DNA of 33,590 bases from Octopus bimaculoides (Eukaryota): contig NC_068985.1 of assembly GCF_001194135.2 (NCBI RefSeq), positions 65,597,460 to 65,631,049 of the forward strand, read 5' to 3'. The notes beneath the pieces were generated by a model. The model searched no databases, was not told the origin of the DNA, and saw nothing but the letters and a program-made list of their open reading frames with translations. Of this stretch, positions 1 through 9,769 are shown in pieces. A program made the translations under genes and the position numbers. Position 1 is the stretch's first letter; each line of letters starts with the position of its first letter.

Positions 1-237
1 GGATAACACAACGAGTTGTACAATTTAATTATTACATTTATTATTCAATTACATACAAAGAACGCACTCACCCAATGTTCGTTATGAATAAACAAGAATC
101 ATGTCCGCCATATATATCAATGACATTTTACTACGACAGTCACACAAGACAACAACAATGAAACAATGAACTCAGACGAACCACGCTGACACACGGAACG
201 TCAGACGAATAACATATCCAACAGTCCATATAACACC

Positions 238-1496
238 AATATTCCGTAAGTTGTTTATATTTATTAATCTACATCATTAACTGGTTGTTATATTATTACT
301 GTGATTTCCATTCAGAACAGGTTTGAGCATTTTAATAAACTGTTTCTCTTTTATCTTTCTTCCAACCTCACTTGTTTCATGTAGTTTGTGGAAAGGAAAA
401 ATTAGAAACATTTTCTGACCACATGACTATATGTTCGCTCAATGGAATTTGGAGAACATTGGTGTTCCAGATTTGTTGTCTGTGGACTCAGGAGTGTTCC
501 AATAATGCATTCCCTGTCTCATCTATATACAATTCCTTGCAATTCAGGCATTTAATACAGTAGATCAAATTTCTGCTTTTGCAGTTCTTTGCATTTGTGA
601 AAATCTGTCCATTTTTTGTTCTAATGTATCTACCCATATATATCAATGACATTTTACTACGACAGTCACACATCTGGTATCATTACACTTGGATACTGTG
701 AATGTTTTACCCTGTTTGTTCATGTTGAATTTTGCCTTTGCAATAGTTTCTTTAGGTTATGTGGTTGCCTTTTCTTTAAGATAAGTGTTTGATTAGTTAT
801 TATGTTTTTTTAATTTTTCACTTTGTTTTATCATCATCATCATCGTCGTCATTTAATGTCCGCTTTCCATGCTGGCATGGGTTGGACAGTTTGACTGAAC
901 GAAAAGGCTACACCAGGCTCAATCTTTATGGTTGGCAAAATTTGTTTTGATGATGTTAAAAATGTTTTGGTAATGTGGATTGTGTGTTACTAAAAATGGT
1001 ATTGTGTTTTTTTCGTGTTGCTCTAAATTGTTCTATAGGTATCTCTTTTGCTTGTTGTATGCTATTTTCTATAAGCAAGAGAGGGTAATTTTGCTTGAGC
1101 AGAAATCCTTTAAGTTCTGTAAGTCGTGTGTTTCTGGTATTTGGATCATCAATTATAGTACAAATTTTCCTGGCCAGACAGTACTGGATGTTGTGTTTTG
1201 TGTGTGTTTGGTGGCATAATTTGAAATTTAGGTACTGGTGTGTATCTGTGCTTTTGTAATAACTATCAGTTGTGATTGTGGTGTTGTTTTAATTACCATT
1301 ATGTCAAGAAATGGTAATTGTGTGTTGCTCATTTCTCTTGTGAATTTAAGACTAGAGTGTAGATAATTGAGGAGGGTGCTGAATTCTTCCAGATTTTCTA
1401 GGGATTTGGTCCAAATTAAGAAACAATCATCGAGGTATCTTTTCCATGTGTCCTCTATATGTCTTTTAAAGGTCATGTCATAGTTCTCTTCAAAGG
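238..1496 (-). mobile_element. Penelope-like element (lineage A), 5'-truncated, decayed RT C-half plus GIY-YIG endonuclease
   Basis: Minus-strand RYLDDCFLIW...LPFLDIMV (ORF 1228-1530), then YYKSTDTHQYLNF..HQTHTKHNI (PLE thumb) and CKSRNLIYCIKCLNCKELYIDETG (GIY-YIG, ORF 488-673). Stops, frameshifts and a SINE-tail insert at 835-931. Confidence 0.9.
835..931 (-). mobile_element. Truncated RTE/SINE 3' tail inserted in the left PLE arm
   Basis: (CAT)n-..GTCCGCTTTCCATGCTGGCATGGGTTGGAC is the reverse complement of the tail at 28455-28520. It is absent from the right arm. Confidence 0.8.
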
Positions 1497-2250
1497 AACA
1501 CAATACCATTTCTAGTAACACACAATCCACATCACCTTTTCACATTATCAAACAAATTTGCCAATGATAAAACAAAGTGAAAAATTAAAAAACATAACTA
1601 ATCAAACACTTATCTTAAAGAAAAGGCAACCACATAACCTAAAGAAACTATTGCAAAGGCAAAATTCAACATGAACAAACAGGGTAAAACATTCACAATA
1701 TCAAAGTGTAATGATACCAGTTGTGGAACATGTCAATGCATGCATATGGGTAAATGCATTAGAACAAAAAATGGACAGATTTTCACAAATGCAAAATTGA
1801 ACTGCAAAAGCAGAAATTTGATATACTGTATTAAATGCCTGAATTGCAAGGAATTATATATAGGCGAGACAGGGAATGAATTATTAGAACACCAATGTTT
1901 GCCAAATTCCATTGAGTGAACATATAGAGACATGTGGTCAGGAAATGTTTCTAATTTTTCCTTTCTAAAAACTACATGAGACAAGTGAGGTTGGAAGAAA
2001 GATAAAAGAAAAACGGTTTATTAAAATGGAAATAACAGCAATAATATAACAACCAGTTAATGATGTGGATTAATAAATTTAAACATTTTACAGAATATTT
2101 AAGAGCATGTGGATTGATCAAAATGGTATTCTGAAAATTCAGCTGGTTGGAGCATTTTGAGAGGTGCTAAAGTTGTCAAGAACTCAACTCTCAGATAAAC
2201 AAATTTGAAAACTGATGAGTACACTATGTATGAAAGCACAAATTTTGTTA
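1497..2250 (+). mobile_element. Inverted second copy of the PLE-A 3' half (inverted pseudo-LTR with GIY-YIG)
   Basis: 1497-2099 is the reverse complement of about 238-1008. ORF 1671-1919 has the Cys-rich linker CNDTSCGTC plus NLIYCIKC..C...YIGETG. Extension beyond 2099 is inferred from the hammerhead-like motif at 2212. Confidence 0.85.
2200..2247 (+). ncRNA. Degenerate minimal type I hammerhead ribozyme motif (PLE pseudo-LTR)
   Basis: CTGATGA (2212-2218), stem II GTAC/GTAT with loop ACTAT, GAAA (2232-2235), then GCAC. Stem III and the cleavage site are decayed. Confidence 0.45.
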
Positions 2251-2290
2251 AAATACCATGATAAAAAACTTGAAAACCAGACTATGCTTT

Positions 2291-2678
2291 GACGTGGTAA
2301 GTAGCTTGCTTACCAACCACATGGTCCCGGGTTCTGTCCCACTGCGTGGCATCTTGGGCAAGTGTCTTCTACTATAGCCTCGGGCTGACCAATGCCTTGT
2401 GAGTGGATTTGGTAGACGGAAACTGAAAGAAGCCTGTCGTATATATGTATATATATATGTATGTGTGTATGTGTTTGTATGTCTGTGTTTGTCCCCCCAA
2501 CATCGCTTGACAACCGATACTGGTGTGTTTATGTCCCCGTAACTTAGCGGTTCGGCAAAAGAGACCGATAGAATAAGTACTAGGCTTCCAAAGAATAAGT
2601 CCTGGGGTCGATTTGCTCGACTAAAGGTGGTGCTCCAGCATGGTCACAGTCAAAAGACTGAAACAAGTAAAAGAGTAA
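2291..2678 (+). mobile_element. tRNA-derived SINE, near full length
   Basis: GTGGTAAG A-box-like and GGGTTCTGTCCC B-box-like head, internal (TA/TG) microsatellite, 3' GGTGGTGCTCCAGCATGG...GAAACAAGTAAAAGAG. The same tail occurs inverted at 33487-33590. Confidence 0.85.
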
Positions 2679-2681
2679 CTG

Positions 2682-2762
<81 letters not shown>

Positions 2763-2776
2763 CACACACACACACA
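2682..2776. repeat. Compound microsatellite (CTAT)n-(TA)n-(CA)n
   Basis: Directly visible at the SINE 3' end. Confidence 0.95.
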
Positions 2777-3190
2777 AAATATAAACACTTTTTATTACAT
2801 CATATTCATTATAAATTATTTTAAACATCTTGTATATTACAACACTCTGCCTATACATCATATATATACAGTATGGTGTATTCATAAAAAATCATTATTA
2901 GTGATGGAAGCAGTATTATCAGTGAAACCTCACTATCACAACATATGGGATATTAGTGTCTTTTCAGTCACTGATGTCGCAGTAAGCCAACAGGCTTTTT
3001 AAAAATAATCATTAGTGGCAGACGTTGTATGAAAACCAAAGGCAATCTTTATTTTCAACCTAAGATGGATGTCTTATCAGAACACTAAATACTGTGGTAT
3101 TCACCTTCAGAAGTCCTCTCAGACATATAGTGCATAAAAGTACAGGCATATATTGTAGCAGATGAGATTCTTCTGGAATGGGTGCCAAAA

Positions 3191-3230
3191 CAGCCAGATC
3201 ACATGATTTCAGTGTTACTGCACTTCTTCA
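3191..3230 (-). ncRNA. Type I hammerhead ribozyme motif, 5'-truncated at the inversion junction
   Basis: Minus strand reads TGAAGA-AGTG-CAGTAA-CACT-GAAA-TCATGTGA-TC. C3 and the 5' strand of stem I are lost at 3230/3231. Confidence 0.65.
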
Positions 3231-3301
3231 TTGCAACAGCAGTGACTGAAAAAACACTGATATTCAATTATATTATGGCAGCGGGATTTAGCTGGTGTGT
3301 T

Positions 3302-3359
3302 ACTGGACGCTACTGAAGAAGTGAAGTACACTGAAATTATGTGATCTGACAGTTCCAGC
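3302..3359 (+). ncRNA. Type I hammerhead ribozyme motif, core intact
   Basis: CTGAAGA 3313-3319; stem II AGTG/CACT with loop AAGTA; GAAA 3333-3336; stem III TTATGTGA; TC cleavage site 3345-3346; distal stem I CTGGA/TCCAG. Confidence 0.75.
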
Positions 3360-3639
3360 ACCTATACCTGGTATTTCTTATCTGATATGATATATGACTG
3401 TGCTTTTATGCACCATGCATCTATATGAGAGGACTTCTCAAAGTGAATACCACAGTATTTGGCATTGTAATAGGGCATCCACATTAAGTTAGATATAAAG
3501 ATTGCCTTTGATTGCTAATACTACTTCCATCACTTATATATATATTTTTTAATAAGCCTGCTGATTATTTGCAACATCAACAGCTGAAAAGACACTGATA
3601 TCCTATATAGCGTGATAGTGAAATTTGGCTGGTATGCGA

Positions 3640-3705
3640 TCACTGGATGCCTATCACTGAAGAAGTGCAGCACACTGAAATCACATGATGTAGTAGTTCC
3701 AGTGA
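3640..3705 (+). ncRNA. Type I hammerhead ribozyme motif with inactivating G at position 17
   Basis: TCACTGGA/TCCAGTGA 8-bp distal stem I; CTGAAGA 3657-3663; AGTG-CAGCA-CACT; GAAA 3677-3680; TCACATGA; TG in place of TC. Confidence 0.7.
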
Positions 3706-4955
3706 CCTTAACAGATGATTCTCATCTATGATATATGTCTGTAGTTTTATATACCATTTGTCTGTATGAGAGGACATCTTAAGGCTAATACTGCAGTATT
3801 CAGCATTCTAACAAGACATCCACACTAAGTTGAATATAAAAATTGCCTGATTAATGTGTATATTTTTTTATTGCATTCCTTGAATGAAAATCGTCTATGT
3901 CAGTCAATGTGTGTGTGCTTGCATGTTTGTCTATTTGTGTTTATTTATAAATTCAGTATCATCTTTAGCAAATTCAAATCCTAGATTAACATTTTAATTT
4001 TACTGAGATACTATATAAATATTATAGTGGTAGTGTAATGAACTGATTGTTATGCACTTACTATAAGGAATGACAAACAAAAATTTTATAAGGATAGAAT
4101 AGTGAAAAAGATAATATCCTAACGAAATGCTGTTCTAACAGCTTTCTAATCAGATTACTACTGAGAAAGGCTTGTGATTTTGTTTTAGAAACAAGGTGAA
4201 GTGGAATAGGATAAACTTTAAGTAAAAATATAGAGATATTTATCTATCAATGACTGTTGTGTACCTGAACTAGAACCAGTATTTACCTCTATAGAAGAGG
4301 AATTAGAAAAATATACTGAAATAAGGGAAGATAAAATAAACTGGAAATCATTCTTGATCTGTGAGGTGTTTTTCTTATTTCAGCATGATAATTCCAAGTT
4401 CTCAAGAATGTAGCATTCATACATATTACATCAGATTAGAGTGAAATCATGGATGGTTAAGTCAATTGGTTATGAAACAACCAGTTAAGGGATAAGTTGT
4501 TCATATCCTGTCCACGGCACTGCTCTGTTTCTTTAAGGTACACTACTCTTAAATGGCTCTGCCTGACTGTAAAATGCTACAAAGTAGAAACACTTCACTA
4601 ATGCAAACAGTAAAATTGAGTTGTTTCATTAGCTTCCAGTACCAAGTTTAACTTCTGTGAGAGCTTTGCCATGAGGTTCATACTCTAGCTCTTATAATAG
4701 TCTGCATAGTGATGACTAATGTCTATTCACATGAAAATTCACCACATGCAGACACTCATCACCATGGATATCTTACTTAAGTATGAGGGGAGTTCCATAG
4801 TGAATTTGGATTACATGTCTAATTTTGTGATACATAACAATATTTTTGGTTTTTACAACATAACTTTGATGTGAAAGAACACTTGCACTCGCTTAATCAT
4901 CAAGTCATTCATTTCTCTTTATTTTCTCTCATTTAATCTCTTCTCTGTTTTGCAG

Positions 4956-5133
4956 ATTAAATACTGATATTGCTTTTGCTAAAAACCATAAATTAAAGTC
5001 ACTTTTAGTATTGAGTGGCATCTCAAATTTAGAGGACATTCAGGAAGCTGAAAAGAATCCTTCTGATGAAAACCCTTACCCAGATTATTACTTACCTTCA
5101 CTAGCTGAGTTTTCTCAATTGTTACCCAATTAG
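4956..5133 (+). CDS. PGP: Last coding exon of a HAD-IIA phosphatase (phosphoglycolate/glycerol-3-phosphate/pyridoxal phosphatase-like)
   Basis: Polypyrimidine tract plus TTGCAG acceptor (ends 4955), phase 2. Reads (R)LNTDIAFAKNHKLKSLLVLSGISNLEDIQEAEKNPSDENPYPDYYLPSLAEFSQLLPN*. This matches the GDRLxTDI motif IV, LVLSG and PDYY C-terminus of PGP/PDXP. The orthologue (PGP vs PDXP) is not resolvable. Confidence 0.85.
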
Positions 5134-5515
5134 TTTGCTATCTGAAACACATCAGCAGTGCAAATAATTAAAATATGTTAATAAGACAAAGCTAATGATT
5201 GTAGTTCTGTTTATTATAAACCTTCGTGGAAAATGAAGTTGGTATATTTTAAATTAAACTAGAAACATATCCAGCTTCATAAAATATAGCTAACTCTGCA
5301 GAACTAATTCTTCATTTAATATGTTCTGCCTTGTTCTTTGAACTTAGAACTTCTCTAAAATAATTATTAAATTGTTAGTATGTTGTATACAATCTCTTCA
5401 TGAAGTCTGCTTTGATATATGATTTGTTATTTAAATTTCAAGAAATTGGAATTAAAAGATCCACAAATTCTGTTCAGACTAGTTTCCTTATTATTTAAGT
5501 ATGAATGGATGAATC

Positions 5516-5521
5516 AATAAA
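5516..5521 (+). terminator. Candidate polyadenylation signal of the phosphatase gene
   Basis: AATAAA about 380 bp after the stop codon. The region is AT-rich, so a chance match is possible. Confidence 0.3.
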
Positions 5522-6930
5522 AAGGTCTTCTACATCAGAATACCAAGAAAATAATATCTTTGCATGAAACAATCTCTAAAACCTTGAAATAATCAAACAA
5601 CATTGATTAATTACAAAATATCTATGAAGTAACTTAAATCTGCAAGAAATAGTTGTCAAATCTCTCTCAAATCATGTCCTATCATCTAAAATACAGAAAG
5701 GGCACATTGTACAATATAAGTCTAGATACTCATAAAAAGTCAGGATGATTATGGCCAGAATGTCTTTTATCATAAGTCTGTTCAATATAGATTATCTGGA
5801 TTTAAACAAGCTCTCATAAATATGTGATATAGAAGCAACAACAATAAGGAAGACAACAAAAATGAGGTATTATTATCTCCCTTCCTGATGTTACATATTC
5901 TGCATAAATTACATTAAAAAAAATCCATCGCACTCTAAAATAACATGCGCAACATTCATATAGCAATAATTCAGGAACCATAGAAAGTTTTAACTAAAAA
6001 CAGAAAAGGTTAAACAGACCTTATCCAATGGTAGAGCACATCATGAACCCAGAAGATAGACTCCACAAGTGACATTCATAAATTAATAGAAAGTAACACT
6101 ACACTTGAAATGTGGGTATTCAAAATATAACCAGTAACAGGAAGCACACTAATAGAATAAACATGTACATATAACCACTTAGTTCACTATGTGTCCCACA
6201 AGGTTATACACACAAACTACATTTGCAATACTTCAACATTCTCCCAGAAAACATAATTGGATGTATACCTGGTTTTCAAATAGTACAGATAATAAAACAA
6301 CATTGCACTAAAAAATCACTTTAAACGATGAATAACCTACATCAACATATATATACCTCTTAAAACCAGCAATAACAATTCTTCCCCAGACATCATCTAT
6401 TTCTAATTTCTTAACTTACTCCTAGCTACCTACAAGTTATCACAATACAGTTGTATATCAGAAAAGTGGAATGGGTTTCAACAAGTAACAGAGTGAAAGT
6501 TTTCAGAATTCAATAATACCACAGACACCAACAAAGATACTGCAGTACATACTTTGAACAAAATAATTACAGAGCCATTCAAAAGAACTGTATATCAAGG
6601 CAGCTTAAGAATACAACCCAATTTATGAATCAGAAATAGCCAACCTCATAAAAACGTAGTACAAACTCTAACACAATATACCATCATCATTCATTTCTTT
6701 TATATCCATTTTTTCATGCTTGCATAGATTTGCCAAACATTGTTTAAGGCATTGAATTTATAGTTGGAAGCCCTTCCTAATGCTAACCCTCACCTGGTTT
6801 TCTAGTATGAGATCTCTTATTCCGCATAAAACTCTGAAAGTATGAAGTGACCAAGATAACTTGTTGACAAGAACTGACAACACTGCCATCCACACTTTAG
6901 TACAAGTGATCACAAATGTAAACACATTCA

Positions 6931-7090
6931 CACACACCAATCTTTTAATAGTTTCTAGCCGTCAAATCCATTCTCAAAGCTTTGGTTGGCCCTTCTCTAT
7001 TGTAGATGTTTGCCTAAGATCATGCTCTATAGGACTAAACCTGAAACCATGTGGTTGAGAAGAAACTTGTTGACCTCTCAGTCATGCCTA
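6931..7090 (-). mobile_element. SINE 5' half, same family as 2291-2678, more diverged
   Basis: Reverse complement reads ..TCAACCACATGGTTTCAGGTTTAGTCC..CCAACCAAAGCTTTGAGAATGGATTTGACGG..GAAACT followed by (TG)n. Confidence 0.75.
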
Positions 7091-7411
7091 CACTTGTAGC
7101 TGGGCATCATGCTCAGCAGAAATAAAACTCAGCATGAATGAACAAAGAAATAGCAAAGATCATAAACAAATTACATTTGTATTTACCATAAACCATAAAA
7201 CAAATGGCTAATCATTAGAGTAATTAGTATCATCTTCATCAACAATAACTGCATAACATTTGATCTCAAAATAAGAACCTCAAATAACATACTCATTTTG
7301 CAACAACAAGCAAACCATTATCAATCATTTCTTGAAAAAAATCAGCCATCAAAATCCATACAAAGAAAACACTACACAAAATGAAAATTACACACCTTCT
7401 ACCCAGACCAT

Positions 7412-7586
7412 GATTTCCATCCCTCAGATTTCCATCCCTCAGATTTCCATCCCTCAGATTTCCATCCCTCAGATTTCCATCCCTCAGATTTCCATCCCTC
7501 AGATTTCCATCCCTCAGATTTCCATCCCTCAGATTTCCATCCCTCAGATTTCCATCCCTCAGATTTCCATCCCTCAGATTTCCATC
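7412..7586. repeat. Perfect 15-bp minisatellite (GATTTCCATCCCTCA) x 11.7
   Basis: Units start every 15 bp from 7412 to 7577 with no mismatches. Confidence 0.97.
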
Positions 7587-7865
7587 ATTTACAAAACAAG
7601 AAGGGGATATTTAAAAGCTCAAAATCTCAGGGCCAAACAAAACTTTAAACTTACAACTGAAATCTCTATGACCTGAAGGAATTGCTGCTCTCAGCCACTT
7701 CTACAAACAGTTAAATCCCAAGACTCTGGAAGCTGGAGCAAAATCAACATATATTTCTATAAACTGGCAAAAACCTGGTTGTAGTAACATGTATCAATAT
7801 AAATCCATTTTATCCTCAAAAATTGGGATTTCGCATTTAACCAAATTATATTATATGGATGGTCG

Positions 7866-8790
7866 GAGTTGTGACTTTTCACATGAACATTCAAAACAAT
7901 TTTTATCACACAATTGGTTTCATGTTTTAAGTGAAGAATTCGAACAAAATCCAAAAGATAGTCAGAAGACTGAAAAACACTTGCCTAAGAAAATCCATCA
8001 CACTAGAGATAGATTTATCTAAGCTAAAACTTTCACTGGACCATTTCTCTATCTAAGAGCTTGGACTGAGTTTCTACCCAAGCACTAAGACTTTCGACAA
8101 AAATAAACTAGCTCAAGGGTTATTTCAGTTTGTCCACTATCACAAACTGAAGGAATGTGTTTTTGAAAAACATGATAATGAGGAATCAAAAAACCCTATG
8201 TTTATTGAAAACGATGATCATCAAATTTGCCATTGTTGGACTGAAATGATTTTCAGTTGTTATCCAGATAAAGTTTGGGATGGTCATTCACAAGAACTCT
8301 GGAATTTCTTCAATCTTGTCAGACAGGCATTAGGGAAAGCTTTAAAACAAGTAGAAAGAAGTCCTGGAATAACTTCACAAATTCTCAGCATTACACATTC
8401 TGTTGTTACTAAAATGGCTGATAAGGGAGGTGCTACTGTAATTATGGACAAGAGTAAGTATATTTTCAGCTTGTGAAGAAGTTTTAAGTGACAAAACTTC
8501 ATATGAAGAATTACCTATCGATCCAATACTCAATTACAGAAAGGAACTTGACAAAATAATTCTGGAAACGGAGGAAAACAATTTCATAAATAAGACTGCT
8601 CCTCCACAGCAAGACACTTGTTTATGTCACACTCTAATCTTTCATCATCTGACACAAGATCACTTCACTCTCCTCTCAAAGGATCTTTGTGTTGCCAGTT
8701 ACCTGGTGACCCTGCTAGTGCTGGTGCCATGTAAAAAGCATCCAGCCCACAGGATTTTACACTCAGAACAAAGAACACCTGTATTTTATG
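7866..8790 (+). mobile_element. PLE lineage B, N-terminal fragment (paralogue of 19706-20525), interrupted by a 153-bp insert
   Basis: Aligns by eye with 19706-20525, with GLSFYP..FDKNKL and MADKGGATVIMDKSKY motifs. Homology resumes at 8751 (AGGATTTTAC..AAGAACACCTGTATTTTATG). Confidence 0.85.
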
Positions 8791-8925
8791 ATCTTATTTT
8801 ATCAACCCCAAAAGAATGAAAAGCAAAGTTGACCCCAGCAAAATTTGAACTCAGAACATAAAGATGGACAAAATGCCACTAAACATTTTGCTCAGCATGC
8901 TAACGGTTCTGCCCACTTGCCACCT
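8791..8925 (-). mobile_element. tRNA-derived SINE 5' part (family of 22395-22884)
   Basis: Shares GAATTTGAACTCAG (B-box on the minus strand) and ATGAAA(G/A)GCAAAG with the two copies near 22.5 kb. Confidence 0.75.
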
Positions 8926-9069
8926 TCAAATCAATTAATAATAATCCCTATTGAATGCCTCATTATAGTACTGAGAATGTTACCTAAAGATAATTTCATT
9001 AGTTGATAGATTAGAAATTCTAGTGGAGACACTTTTACTATGAAATCATATTTCTAGGATGGACCTCTG

Positions 9070-9745
9070 TACCTTCAGGATATGCCCCAGCACTTGCCAC
9101 TATGTATCTCTCTCTTCCTTTACTCTACCATGCCAAAAGTATTCTGATCCCTGTTCCTTGTGAGTATGCCCCAGCACTTCACCACCACCTCCCTTTTGCA
9201 CTCTTACTGCCTCCCACTCTCTTTCTCTTGCTCTTCCCTCAGGTTAGATAACCACAGATCTCCTTTACAGTAGCACACCTGTGTTTATCCTCATTCTCTC
9301 TCTCTCTCTCCCTCTGGCTGGGTAACCAGGTACCTCATCCACAGCAAGACACTTGTTTGTGTCACACTTTAATCTTTCATCATCTGACACAAGATTACCT
9401 CCCTCTCCTCTCAAAGGATCTTTGTGTTGCAAGTTACTTGGTGACCCTGCTAGTGCTGGTGCCACATATAAAGCATCCAGCCCACACTGTAAAGTGGTTG
9501 GCATTTGGAAGGCTATCCAGCTCTAAAAACCATGCCAAAACTGACCTTGCCTATGCTTGTGTCGCATAAAAAGCACTCAGTTCACTCTGCTGGTGGTTGG
9601 TGTTAGGAAGGGCATCCAGCCATAAAAACGGTGCTAAAACAGACACAAAAGTCTGGTGTAGTCTCCTGCCTGGCCAGCTCTTGTCAAACTGTTCAATCCA
9701 TGTCAGCATGGAAGACAGGCGTTAAACAATGGTGATGATGATCAT
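9070..9745 (+). mobile_element. 3' end of an RTE-type LINE or RTE-dependent SINE
   Basis: GTGGTTGG..TTAGGAAGGGCATCCAGC..CCATG.CAGCATGGAA..GTTAAACAATG(GAT)n terminus, also seen at 28365-28520. Confidence 0.7.
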
Positions 9746-9769
9746 TGTCATTGGAGTAGCAGTTTACAT

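Larger units (their letters stand above)
2893..3850. repeat. Diverged ~344-bp repeat array: about one unit on - (2893-3230) head-to-head with two units on + (3231-3850); retrozyme-like
   Basis: Shared blocks such as CTGAAAAGACACT, TGAGAGGAC, AATACCACAGTATT and AAAGATTGCC recur in all units. The hammerhead cores at 3313 and 3657 are 344 bp apart. Confidence 0.85.

Noticed and set aside
1-237. Possible LTR fragment (minus strand begins TGTTA at about 235)
   Set aside because: No partner LTR, PBS/PPT or TSD is visible within the window.
5063-5075. CTGATGA..AAA as another hammerhead core
   Set aside because: No stem II or III; it lies in the coding exon (SDEN codons).
5800-7400. A/C-rich strand-biased tract, possibly an old LINE or hidden exons
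   Set aside because: No protein motif, long frame or terminal structure could be recognised by eye; left unannotated.
7332-7676. ORF encoding (ISIPQ)n as a repeat protein
   Set aside because: The open frame is a by-product of a stop-free 15-bp minisatellite; no ATG at the called start, no splice context, no recognisable domain.
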